From positions 248,001 through 312,000 of the forward strand of contig NW_021833065.1 of NCBI RefSeq assembly GCF_006345805.1: a DNA stretch of 64,000 nt. Direction: 5' to 3'. The notes below the pieces were generated by a model, which was given only the letters and a program-made list of their open reading frames with translations, was not told the origin of the DNA and ran no database searches. Source of the DNA: Octopus sinensis (Eukaryota). Below, piece after piece: positions 50,109 through 62,687 of the stretch. The stretch's first letter is position 1. Every line of letters starts with the position of its first letter. The translations under genes were made by a program, and so were the position numbers.

Positions 50109-51189
50109 ATTTTTTTTTTAAATATTACTATCTATTAAGAAAATTATTGAAGCCATATCATTTATGTGGTAACTTCACTCCTGCTCAGAATCAGTAAATT
50201 CCAAAGTCTTTGGTGTTTATAGATGAAACTGAAATATCATTCTAATTCTTTGTGTCCATGTCTAAGCTGTCTTTCTCTAATTAAATTATTAATGGATAAT
50301 GTCACTGAATTCTAATTCACTTGAGGTATTAATTGCCATTATGTTCATAAATTGAAGGAAGCAAAATCCAGAGAAATTCACTTGATTAGATGTGAACAGG
50401 AAACCATGTGACAAGAAATTCTTTATAGAATTCAGAATGAAGCTAAACTTTGTCCCTCATGCAGAAAAGTGATTGGTTGCAGTTTTATGCATTTTAGGAT
50501 TGCAAGAGTTAATATGTTTAAACTGAATTAAGCTAACATTATTCATACAAGATAAAATTGCAACTTGAAGATTGTATCTCTCTCTCCCCTAAAACAAGGG
50601 GGATAATTCTTTTTTTTTTCTGGGGAAAAAAAATTTTAAAAGACAATGGATGATAATTTATATGCAGATAATCTAACAAAGCAGTTCCAAAATTGAGTAA
50701 CAAAAACTTTGGTATTTGTAAGCATTTTAAGTCAAAATATGTAGCTTAAGATGAGAAATTGAGTATGTAATTTAATTAACCTGGGTATTGGATGTTTATG
50801 AATCATAAGTAACTATTGTTGTTGGAGATGAAAAAAAAGTTTTGAAAATTGACGAGATCATATTGTTTATTAGTCATAAAGTGTTGCTTGAAACAAAAGC
50901 CTTTGTGAATATGAAAAAAAACACCTGATGATTTCAAATGCATGCATAGGAAAATGGATAGAATCTTCACTCTTTATTATTCAATTCATATATTTATTCA
51001 GAGGATGTTTATCTGTTGTCACACTTTTTGAGTGAGTGAGAGAGAGAGAGAAGACACCATCTTTTATTAAATATAATAATTCTATAATGTTAGCTGTATT
51101 ATGTACATTTATAGAATGAATGAAATTATAATGTCAAAGAATATATTCATTGTCTCCATTCCATGATCTCCTCTGACTATTTTATTCAG

Positions 51190-51285
51190 ATTTTAAATGA
51201 AATAGCGCAGCATAAAATCAAAATCTATGAGTTTCCTGAATGTGATGATGAAGAGGAAAACAAACTGCAGAAGAAATTACTAAAG
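51190..51285 (+). CDS. SEPT7: Septin-7 coding exon (polyacidic/alpha5' region)
   Basis: tttattcag|[32 protein letters not shown]|gtttgt; 96 nt, phase 0-0. Confidence 0.95.
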
Positions 51286-52873
51286 GTTTGTTTATTCTAC
51301 ACCTTGTTTCTTTGTTAATAATTGTTTTCTTTGTTTAGATGTTTGTGGTGATTTATTTTGCTCCCCACCTCCATGTCATAAAAGTACTTATTTGAATATG
51401 AGAGTATTTTTTACATATAGTTTATAAAGTTGTTCATATATTTTATTGAAAAAAATCTACCAAAGTTATGTTTTGCAGGTTTTGTATTGCAGGTGGAATT
51501 TTGGGGACTATTTCAAAATTCTGCCACCCTACATACTTCAATATTTTTATATTTAGCTTTATTTTGGTTATTTATTCTTTTAATTATCTAAAACCAATTG
51601 CATATCAAATTGCCTAGGATTGTCTAATATGGTACTACTTTTATCCTCATTTTAATTTATATGAGTGAATTATAAAGTTTATTAATTCCAGAGTCATACT
51701 TATGTTGAAACTGAAACAGCTACATTTTTGCAGAGCTATATTCACTTTCACATTCTTTCATACCACAGTCTGTTTTGAAGTCTCAACACTGCACTTCTCT
51801 GGCCTGCTTCCTGATACAATTGTGCACTGAAATTGTAACAGTGACCAAGTCATAGAAGGGTAACAGAAATTGTTGACATTTCAGAATAAACTGTAGTTTG
51901 AAAAAAGAAATGTAAAATGTTTAAATATAGATTTTTGCATTCATAATAAGCTACGACTCTTCCACAATGTACTTGCTAATATTTACTAAGATACTTCAAA
52001 ATATTTAGTGATGAAACTGGGGGAAATTTATCCAAGTCATTAATTTAACAAAATTATGTCCCTCTTTTAAAACTTTGCCTGAAGTAGCATTCATGAATGC
52101 TTAGTATTTTGTGGCAAATATTTAGCAACCAAACTTTTTTTTTCCCCCTTCATTAGCTTAATTGATTTAATGGGTTTTTAATATATGCTACTCTAGTATA
52201 TTACTTCAAATTTTGCCAACTTTTAAATTATCATCCTGCTTTGCTATTTGTACTAATAACATTAATATAATAGCTTTCTGCCTTATAACTTTCTGCCTTC
52301 CAATAACTCATTTGCTGTTATTGAAATGATGTTGGTGTATTATTAAACATTTTTACACTAACACTGCTAAAAACCACCATTAGTGTTGACTTTTTTTAAA
52401 TATTGTTTTACTATATTTTCAGTTATCTTAGATTCATTTAAATTTAGTTTAAGTTTGTTGTGGTTTTTTTTTTTGTTTTTTTTTTGTTTGTTTTTTTTTT
52501 TTGTTTTTTTTTTTGGATTTTCTTTTACCTTTTCCTTTTGAATGATCAAACTGATTGTCTTCACGCCATATTTCTATAACTTTTATTTTAAGCACACTTT
52601 ATATACTCTTAGCCATTCGGAAGCTTTTATTCAGGACCTTGTGGCTATAGTTTAAAATTGATATATTAAGTTCAAGCCTAACCACAGAATATGTATTGCC
52701 AAAAGGCAATTTGAAAAAATCTCACTTATAGAAATAGTGTCAAAAGTAAGACTGTCCATAATTTTTGTTTCTAACTGCTCTACCATTAATTTATTTTAAA
52801 CATATAGGTCTATAATTAAATTTCAAGTTAGGTAGTTGCAAGACTGAGTTATTGAACTAGTTCTTTATATTTG

Positions 52874-53252
52874 ACTAGCAGTATCGCCCGGCGTTGCTCA
52901 GGTTTGTAAGGGAAATAACTATAAAGCATTTTTAGAGAGTTATAACCAAAAAATAGCAAAAAAATGGGAAAAAATGATGGTAAATTTTTTTTTGAGAGTT
53001 AAAAAGGATGGAGTTGCGTCCCCTAGACAGTTTGTGGTTCGTGTTTCTGATTCTCGACCCCATGTCGAATTTATCGATTTTTTTCAGAACTGGGGAAACT
53101 TTTCAAAATTTTGGCTGCGTTAGTTTTGAATTATGACATTGGGCTATGTGTGTGTCAAGTTTCATCAGAATCGGTTGAAAGCCGTGGTCAGGGTGAGGGT
53201 ACAAGCAAACAGAAACACGCACAGACAAACTGCCGTTTATATATAGAGAGAT
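52874..53252 (+). mobile_element. Non-autonomous Helitron/Helentron-like element (DINE-1/HINE style)
   Basis: Begins actagcagtatcgcccggcgttgctc, contains aagtttcatcagaatcggttgaaagccg, and ends acagacaaactgccgtttatatatagagat. CpG-rich relative to its flanks. Class assigned by remembered resemblance. Confidence 0.5.
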
Positions 53253-53954
53253 TAGTATTCTAGTCCACCTACTATTAATAATTAGATAAATAGAAGTTGG
53301 GTAAGAAAATGTAGCAATGTTTGGAAACATTGATGCTTTTGAATTTCATCTGTATCAGTTCATATCTCTGTATAATAGGGAAATTGTCATTCTTTTTTCT
53401 TTAGTTTTTAGAAGAAAACTCTAACAACTTTTATTAATGTACAATGATTGTAGATGATTAAAGAAATCTTACTATTTAGCTTGATTTTTTATTGAGGTTC
53501 TCATACTAATTGTATTGTAAAATCTTACTTTTGTGCGATACTTGGGTTTCATCTCTATTTATTATTATGACAGAAAAGTTGCATTTCACTGTTATTTAAC
53601 AAACATTTGTCTTCATTTCTTAATATACATTTTGTTTTCATATACTATTCTTGATGAAGTACAGAAATTGTATTATTTATCGATTCAGGAACAGTTTCAT
53701 TTTAATATCATTTAATTATTTAAATCGGTGTGCATGCATATGTGTACAAGTATACATAGACATACACATATACGCAGTAATTCCATTCAACAATATCTAT
53801 ATGCTTAAAAACTTATAGAAGTTGAAAAATCTCCCAAATATTAAGTTGGTTTTCACATTTCTAAAAGTATCTTATCTCATACCTATCTGGGAAGTGGAGA
53901 ATTAGCTGTCTGCTAAGTTGGATCTTGCACACTATTTTATTTTCAACCTTTCAG

Positions 53955-53984
53955 AAAGACTTAAAAGGCGGTAAATTCTTCAAG
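53955..53984 (+). CDS. SEPT7: Candidate 30-nt in-frame alternative microexon of septin-7 (KDLKGGKFFK)
   Basis: ttttattttcaacctttcag|AAAGACTTAAAAGGCGGTAAATTCTTCAAG|gtatgt. Phase 0-0 matches the host intron, there is no stop, and about 35 nt upstream are AG-free. No transcript evidence is available. Confidence 0.65.
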
Positions 53985-55948
53985 GTATGTAATTAAATTA
54001 TTTTCTGCTTTCTGTTTATTATTTTTTTTTTCATGTCTTATAGTGTCTCCATTTGCCTGTTGTTCTTTACCCAAACTCTTCTTTTTCCCTTTATGTCTGT
54101 ATCTAATATAGTATCGCAACGTATGTGTTTTAGTTGTTGCTATTGCAATAGCATTAGGCGTGCTTTAGTTTCTAAATGCAACTTTTATGTTCACTGGCAC
54201 ATTTTATCTCAGTGTTCGTGATAATATATAAATCTAATAATCTAATGTGATTTGGTATGTTAGTCACTCACTATTTGTATGTTTATACAAGGTTATTAAA
54301 AAGTGGTTTATGTTGAAGTCCACTTTCACAGCTCACTCACATCTGAAATTGAGTGTTATTTGACACTGAATGTAAAATAATCATTTCAACTCTCTTTTTT
54401 TTTTATATATATATATTTAATCTGAGCTGCCTATATATGTTAGAAAATACAGCTAATTTTGGGATGTTATACACATTTGAAATCATTCCTGCTGCACTCA
54501 TTTGTATTATAAAAACTAGTTCCTGCTTCATTCATTAGAATTATTTAAAAGTATTTAGTTTTAGTTATTAAATTTTATATTAATTTCTCATAATATCGCT
54601 AACTTGAGCAATACGAGATATTGACTACTGGTTTTAAATAAATCAGATTATTTAGAATTTTGTTCAGAAGAAAGTTTAAAGTAGTTTTTAAAGCTGGTTT
54701 GGATATAATTGAGCATTTTCTGTTAGCCAATTGCATTCTTTTATTCTAAACAAAAAAAATACCTTTCTTCAATTACATTGTAAATGTCTTCTCAATATTT
54801 TCATAAATGTAAGCAGTAATACTTGGAAGAGATAGTTTTCCACTATAAAACTGAAAATAAAATGCTGAACAACAATTTTATTGGTGTTCAGTTTTAAATT
54901 ACATTAGATTATATATTAAAAGGTTGATTACGAAACAATATTGAACTATTGGAGCTAATTTATTCTGAAAAGCAACATCCCCAGGATAAGTCATGTTTTA
55001 GTTATATTTTTGGCATTATTGGTTATTTTTTATAGTTTAGGAGAGATTAAATATTTTGTATTAAAAGATACATAATACAAAAAGTAATATATTTACTTTG
55101 CTATACTAGGCATATCTTTTGATATTTAATTACACTTATAGACTACAATTTTCTGCTCTACCAACTGAGATACAATTCAATTAAATAGCAAACGAAACAA
55201 CCATAATTATTTTTCTCATGTTCTACTCAGTTCTGCATTAGAGTATTTAGGAACTTTAATCTGTGAGTGGAAGATGACGTGCAAGTTCACTTTGTTTTTG
55301 AAACCATTTAAGTAAAAATAAAATGAGGGTTGTCATAAAGTGCTATTTCGAGATATTCTACTTATTTGTAGTGATAGATATTAGCCTAGCTGAATTAGCA
55401 AGTTAATGAAATAGAAACCATAATGGTCGAAATACTAGATTTTATTTGATATTATCTAGTTATGAAATTTAAACTCTTACTACCAATATGAATTCTGTAA
55501 CTTCTGAAATAGAATGTGCTGAATATTCTTATAAAGTATGACCTGAGCATAAATGCCATATGCTTTCTAAAATAAATACCATATGTTTAAATGACAGTAT
55601 ATACTAACTGGATAAATAATGCAGAAAATACTTTTACTGACATTATTGCTCTAATTCTCTAGTTAAGTGTATGAGGGCTAATACTAAAGCACTTCCAGTT
55701 ATGTTATAGTATTTCATTTGGTGCCTTATTCTTCTGATTTCCAGAGCCAACTTTGCTCGTCTCTTTTAGGTCAATAAAATAACAAGAATATACTGAGTTT
55801 ATCTAATCATCTTTCCTGTGTAAATATTGTGATTAATCATTATTTTTCTCAGTCTTAAATAGATCACTAAGTTTATCATAATAATAAATGTATTTGAATT
55901 CAAAGTAACTTTATATTGATAGAGATATCGCAATGAAAAATGTTAATA

Positions 55949-56210
55949 GGCATAGGTGTGGCTGTGTAGTAAGAAGCTTGCTTTCCAACGACATGGTTCT
56001 GGGTTCAGTCCCACTGCGTGGCACCTTGGGCAAGTGTCTTCTAATATAGCCCCGAGCCAACCAAATCCTTGTGAGTGGATTTGGTAGATGGAAACTGAAA
56101 GAAGCCTGTCTTAAATATGTATAAAGTACTGAGGTTAATTCATTCAACTAAAAATTCAAAGGCGGTGCCCCAGCAAGGCCAAGTCTAATGTCTGAAACAA
56201 ATAAAAATAA
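55949..56210 (+). mobile_element. tRNA-derived SINE (OK-like), internally deleted
   Basis: Head ggcataggtgtggctgtgtagtaag, B box gggttcagtccc, tail ggcggtgccccagcaagg...ctgaaacaaataaaa. Confidence 0.85.
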
Positions 56211-56300
56211 AAAATATATTTAAATTCTATGTTATGGTGCAGGGAAAATTGTGCAGATAAGTTATATAACTGAATCTTATTCTTAGTGTTTTATTATTAT

Positions 56301-56682
56301 AGGTACAGGTGTGGCTGTGTGGTAAGAAGCTTGCTTCCAAACCACATGGTTCCAGTTTCAGTCCCACTGCATGGCACCTTGGGGCAAGTGTCTTCTGCTA
56401 TAGCCTCAGGCTGACCAAAGCCTTGTGAGTGGATTTGGTAGACAGAAACTGAAAGAAGCCCATATGTATGTGTGTACGTTTGTGTGTCTGTGTTTGTCCC
56501 CCCACCATTGCTTGACAGCTGATGTTGGTGTGTTTACATCCCCGTAACTTAGCAGTTCAGCAAAAGAGGCCAATAGAATAAGTACTAGGCTTGCAAAGAA
56601 TAAGTCCTGGAGTTGATTTCTTCAACTGAAGATGATGCTCCAGCATGGCTGCAGTCAAATGACTGAAACAAGTAAAAGAGTA
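56301..56682 (+). mobile_element. Full-length tRNA-derived SINE (OK-like)
   Basis: Head aggtacaggtgtggctgtgtggtaag, core, and tail gctccagcatggctgcagtcaaatgactgaaacaagtaaaagagta. Confidence 0.88.
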
Positions 56683-58272
56683 TTATGCCACTTTCATATT
56701 CTGGATTCCTTTTTTTTTTATTACAGTAAATACTAGGAATATTCATCGCTGTGATGAAAATCATTATCCTGTTACCAAATTATCATAACTAGCTTTAACT
56801 TGCTTTCTTTATTCTTCGTTCATTAGTTCCCACCTGTTGGGAATAGGTATCAGAACTTTTGGCAAATTTACTTGCTATAGATTGGCATCTTATCCTATTG
56901 GAGACTTGTCTCTCATCTGCTGAGCAGTCAAATACTGAAACTATGGACTTTTTGAAGTTTACAAAATAATTGTCAGCCAAGAGAAATATGTTAAACTAAT
57001 TAATTAATTTAGAGCAATGAATCAGTGTTGGTTGGTGGTATGCAACTTACCCCATATATATATATATATATATATATATTGTTTATTAACATTTTTAATA
57101 CTAAAAACTAGTTCTTGGTTAAACTCAGAAATATAAAACATTGCTTTTAAATCAACCAGTATGAAAAATGCTGGTTTTATTTTATTAATAATAGTTTTTT
57201 GAAGCTTATTTTTCCTAATCCAAAGCTGCATTGAATTATTAGAAATTATAATTTTAGTTAATTATAAATTAATACTTAACATTCAATATAGGTTCAAAGT
57301 TTGCTTATGTTCTTGTTTTATTGTTGTTTGTCATTTTCTGAGATTCTTTTCAGGACCTTTTATTCAAATCTGCATGTTTTGCTTAATTGTGCTTATTTAC
57401 TTACTTATTTATTATATCTATTTATTTATTTAATTTCTTTTTCTTTTTTCTTTTTTACTATTCTTATAATTTGGCACCATTTGTGCTTTTTTTCCCCCTG
57501 GCACCATTTGTGCTTTTTATTCCCCTCTGCAAATATATTTCCTTATTTTATAATTGAGGTATATCAAAATTAAGCAAACTGAATGTTTGAATTAAATTTG
57601 ATCTTGCTACCACAGTTTATCTTTACTATTATTCTTGATTGGTGGGTGGGGAGCTTTTTTTATTTAAAGAAAACAAACAATTTATAACTTCAACACATTG
57701 TACTTAGTGTTAATTATGTATATCAAAATATTTTTACTGTATTTTTTGCTGATATTTTGAAGTTTCAGATGTTACCTTGTCTCTACTGAGCTATTACTTC
57801 AAGTTTTTATGGTTAATTAACAATTTTGTTTGCATTATCTAAGTTGTTTTCAACCTTTGTCGTGTAACTGCTGTATACAAGAGGATTTATTTTCCTATCT
57901 TATCTGAAATATTTGTTAACATTAATATAATTAACAGTTGTTATTTCACTAAGTAACTTCTATGAATGGTTTTGAGGTTCTGAAAAATGTTTGATTCCAT
58001 TTAAATACCCTATCCTATCTTTACTAAAAGAAGTAAATGTAAAATATTATTACATGTAAATCTTTACTGCAACAAAGTCAAAATACATATCTAAAAAAAC
58101 TATGAATAGGATATTTCAACATGTTAAAGCAAAAGATGATTTAATGCCATTCTTTTCCAGATGACTGAACTCTTGATTCTTGACCAACAATTTTTCTCAT
58201 CCTATGTTTTTATTTGTAAATCATTCTCTTCATGCCTTTGGCATTTATATATGTTTAATTATTACAATTATG

Positions 58273-58273
<1 letters not shown>

Positions 58274-58315
<42 letters not shown>

Positions 58316-58533
58316 GATATTAGGGAATAAATCCAAACTTACAGGGGAAAATGAGATTTAGGATTAAATCCAATTTTATAGTATAAATATATTATATTAT
58401 ATTAAATTAGAGATAAAACCACTATTAGGCAAATCAAACAGTGAAAAACATAAGCCAATACATAAACCAATACATATGTTTTTCACTGTTTGATTTGCCT
58501 AATAGTGGTTTTATCTCTAATTTAATATAATAT

Positions 58534-58582
<49 letters not shown>
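58274..58582. repeat. (TA)n-flanked element with a perfect 60-bp inverted repeat
   Basis: (TA)n at about 58274-58313 and 58531-58582. Arms 58393-58452 and 58475-58534 are exact reverse complements around a 22-nt loop. Confidence 0.92.
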
Positions 58583-58586
<4 letters not shown>

Positions 58587-60289
58587 CAAAAAAATGAAGT
58601 GCATATAATTGGGAATTATGTCAACTCATTCATTCAACATGTGACAATAGTGAGTTTGTAAGGTGTCCTGACTATGTCTTTAATTAGTTTGTGTATTCAC
58701 AGTCCTCATTAACTGTGGTAGGTTTGAAAGACACAATTTATAACTTTGCATTTCAATGGTTGCTTTCAACTGTTTGTTGTAGTTTTGAACATAAATTTTA
58801 GATAGAGAGTTATATTGCGTGATGTATCAATAACTCTTGATAACTCTTCATCTTGTCAGTGAATGTGATATATACTTTCAGTTTCCTACAAAATTCAAGA
58901 TTTTCTAAGATTGTGATTTTATAGATTGTTAACCACTACAGATTTCACAGTATTTGCTTCGGAAATCAAAATGTAAAGTAGATGTAATTATTGAAAAGTC
59001 TTTTATCTGTAGAGATGACATTAATGGTCCAAAATGTTTTTAATCTTATTATTAACTCATTTTAGACAATTAGATATGGTGATTTTGTTTTTTTCTCCCC
59101 AACTCCCTTTTTATAGAGTTGTTGGTTATAAGATTTGAAAAAGTGTTTTATGATTAAAATGTCTGTGTTTAACATTTAGCATCTGTTCATGCCATTAGGA
59201 TTCAATTCATGAAGATAAATGATGACCAGTAACTTTCATAGCTTCAACTGTATAAACACATTGATTTCAGGTACATAATATATAGACACATTGATTTCAG
59301 ATACATAATATATAGACTGGTTGCAGCTAGAATATCCAGGGTCACCACTTTTCTATTTTGCTTTAATAAATAACCATCTCTTAATTAAAAGGAAGCCTAA
59401 GTTTTGAAATGATTTACCTTTTCAAGTATTTGTTCATTCAGTATGACGTCAGAGCCCTAATTTTCATAAAATTGCTTTCCATACTATATGTATTTTCTTT
59501 TCCTATGGATGTAGATGTATGAGGGTCAAGCAAGGAGACCTTGGAAGTATGGATAGTCTATTAAATTCTTTAGTTACTTGAATGATCAACATATATAAAA
59601 TGGTTTTAACTCTGTAAAGTAGAAACACATTTTCACACATTTTAATAGCTCAACTCTGTTTTGGGTTTTTTGTTGTTGATTTTTTTTTACATGGACATGT
59701 ATGTATTTTTAAATCATTTAACATTTCCCAATAATTTTATCATGGCAGTTTTTTCTGGTAAATCATAAACTAAATTAAACCTTAAATATTGATCTGGGAT
59801 TTTTTTTAAATCATCCCTTTCTGTAATTGAAGCATATTCTCTTTTTTCTCTCATCATACAACTGACTGGAAAGAAAAGCAAAAGAAAAAATTGTAATTTT
59901 TGTCTAAAATAATAACTTTTGTGTTAAACTTTATCAATTTTGAAAAATTGGTATTGTATGTTGATTAGACCTTAAGAGTGAACTTCATAGAACAATCAAT
60001 CTCTGAAGTTAGATTTTTAACAAACTGGTCATTTCTACCCTGCTCTTAGCATCCCTGTAGCCTCTCCAAATAATGCAACCCCTCCCAATCCTTCTCACTT
60101 CTCCTACACTCTTGAAAACCCTACCCACTACCACTCTTTTTACATGAGTTGCCACCTAGACACCTCATCACCACTATTTCTTTCTTTGGAGATACCACCA
60201 GTTCATTCTCACTGTCTCTCCTAAATGTGAGTAGTCATGTAACAAAACCTGCTCTACCCCAACCTCTTCCCTCGTACCTTAAACTCCAT

Positions 60290-60545
60290 CTAACGTAAGG
60301 ATGTAGCACACATACCCCCTCCTTAGGTTTGTAGAGTTTTGAGCTACACAGCGACCTCAAATACTGCTGGTAACATGAAGAAAATCTCCCAGTACCCACT
60401 GTAAAGAGGTTGACTTTGGGAAGGGCATCCAGCTGTAGAAACCATCCCAAAGCAGACACTGGAGCACAATGTAGTCCTTTGACTCATTGGATCCTCATGA
60501 AACTGTCCAGTTCATGCCAACATAGAACAAGGACATTAAATGATG
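60290..60545 (+). mobile_element. SINE/LINE 3' part with RTE-type tail
   Basis: gggaagggcatccagctgtagaaacc...catgccaacatagaacaaggacattaaatgatg. Confidence 0.65.
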
Positions 60546-60834
60546 GTATTATAAATATAAAGCTGTTGTAAAAGGATTCACAAACTAGTTGTTCTGATTA
60601 GAAACAATGAATTTGCTTTCAATTTTCATTATATAATTACATTTAATTTTTTTTCTTAATGAATTTTTTTATTTCTTTATATCAATTAACCATTGCAGAA
60701 TTGCTTTTGAAATTATTTTTCTCCTTTATCTTCCACCACCTCTCTCATGTTCAACAAGATAATGCTCAAGTTGTTGTTAATGAAGAGGGATGGTAGCTTT
60801 TCTAATAGTGTGTAATATTCAGAACAAGAAGTTT

Positions 60835-61562
60835 TCTTGTGAACGTGATCTGGGCATTACTGTCAGCAGCAATTTGCACTGGACAAAGCACATCTCTAAA
60901 ATTGTCAAGAAAGCTGAGGATGTCTTGGCATTATTCAGCAAGACCTTTGTCAGCCATTCTCTGGCTGTTTATTTAAGGCTGTATATGGCTATGGTGTGGT
61001 CACACTTGGAATTTGCATCAGCAATCTGGAACATCTATCTTGTTCAGGACAATGACCTTCTGGAAACTGTTCAGAGACATGCAATCAGGCATCTGCCATA
61101 TTCTGAACACCTTGCTTCCCTTAGTATAGATGCATTGAAGCTCCAACATCTGGCAACTGACTTAGTAAACACCCACAAAATTATTAACCATTGCACCAAC
61201 AACCAACTTTTTGAGCTCCATGTGACTCACACACATGGGCACGCCTACAAAGTCAGAAAACAGCACAGCTCCCATGACTTTCAGAAACATTTTTTCACAC
61301 TCAGAGTTGCTGAAGCATGGAACAAACTACTGGCATCAGTTGTTAGTTGCTGAGACATTGCTTCCCTTAAAACCTCCATGCTTCCTGAAATTTGCCAGCA
61401 CTACACCTGATATCCCCACCTCCATATGCATGCACACATGTATATCATGACACATACACTGTTCACTTTCCTGATTTTTATACATAATTGTATGTACTGT
61501 ACATGTACTTTTGATGAGTTGTGCACCTGAGCACTATACACAATAATTTTATTATCATTATT
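60835..61562 (+). pseudogene. CR1/L2-group LINE 3' fragment (RT C-terminus plus 3' UTR)
   Basis: ORF 60790-61353 reads ERDLGI...SHLEFASAIWN...LETVQRHA...HGHAYKV...KHFFTLRVAEAWNKL, the typical CR1-type C-terminus. An AT-rich tail lies near 61550. Confidence 0.85.
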
Positions 61563-62104
61563 ATTTATTATTCTAAAGAGACTAAAATGGGCAGGAACAG
61601 TGTGGGTTTTGAGATATTATGAAAGAAAATGTCTTGCTAATTTTTAAAATATTTTTATTAAGATACATGAATTACTACTGGAGCTACCTTAATAAAATCA
61701 ACATATATATATATATAATGGTGTTGAAATATATATATATATGTGTGTGTGTATATATATAAATATATATATCCACCTCCACTCTCATCTCTAACCATCC
61801 ACTTTCCCCTGATCCTATATTATCTGTATTCCCCTTTATACCCGCCTTCTTGTATTTTGAGAGTATACTCCGGTACCCTGTTGCTACCATCTTTATCTTA
61901 CTTCCAGTTACTCTCGTCCACCTTTATATAATATGGGGTTGCTGTGTATCTCCTATAGCAAGATATCTGTGCCTGTCCCTCTTTCATACTTTAACCTTCA
62001 ACACCTGGATAAAGTCACCTCCCCATCTCTCAAACACATTCCCATTCAGTTGAGGGAACTTTTTCTTTCCATTTTTTTTTCCTTATCTTACAAACTTGGC
62101 AATC

Positions 62105-62300
62105 TCACTAGTGCCAGTGTCACAAAAAAGGCAGCCAGTATCCACTGTAAAGTGGTTGGCAATAGGAAGGGCATCTAACTGTAGAAACCATGGCAAAGCC
62201 AACAGTGGAACCCAACAGAGCCCTGCACCTCATCAGATCTTGTCAACCTGTCCAACCCATACCTACATGTAAAGTGGACAGTCAATGATGATGATGATGA
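62105..62300 (+). mobile_element. RTE-type 3' tail (SINE/LINE end)
   Basis: ggttggcaataggaagggcatctaactgtagaaac...tgtccaacccatacc...gtggacagtcaa(tga)n. Confidence 0.7.
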
Positions 62301-62590
62301 TATATATATATAATATGATATCACACACACACACATATGAGTGATTAGTATCAAAATTGTAAATGCCATCTTTTATTATGAAATTCACAAGGAGTTTACA
62401 ACTTTTTTTTGTAACTATATATTATGTAACTGACATTATAACGACTAAGGTAGCGCCCATGGTAAATAACCTCACATAGGTATCTATACCATTTCTCCCC
62501 GCGTAATTTCAAATAATTAATACATTTTCCAGTGAGTAAATTAAACATTTCTTTTTCCTATTTGTAAAAGTATAACATTTTATGTTTTAG

Positions 62591-62687
62591 GACCGAGTTC
62601 CTTTCGCTGTTGTTGGCAGTAACACTGTGATTGACTGCAATGGAAAGAGAATGCGTGGACGTCAATATCCATGGGGGATTGTTGAAG
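62591..62687 (+). CDS. SEPT7: Septin-7 coding exon (septin unique element)
   Basis: tgttttag|[32 protein letters not shown]+G|gttaga; 97 nt. RGRQYPWG is the septin unique element signature. Confidence 0.96.

Noticed and set aside
56711-56980. Strong acceptor ttacag|TAA at 56726 (truncating exon) and minus ORF 56795-56980
   Set aside because: No matching donor or poly(A) support, and no recognisable protein similarity.
58141-58240. Acceptor tcttttccag|ATG as a second cassette exon
   Set aside because: The nearest plausible donor is out of frame and the peptide looks like intronic low-complexity sequence.
57473-59318. Short tandem duplications (28 bp at about 57473 and 30 bp at about 59257)
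   Set aside because: These are two-copy slippage products. They are not CRISPR-like (no spacers, eukaryotic DNA) and have no evident function.
949-62369. The many 60-95 aa ORFs in the track outside the features above
   Set aside because: They have biased F/L/I/Y/K composition typical of chance frames in AT-rich introns or SINE sequence, with no motifs or splice support.
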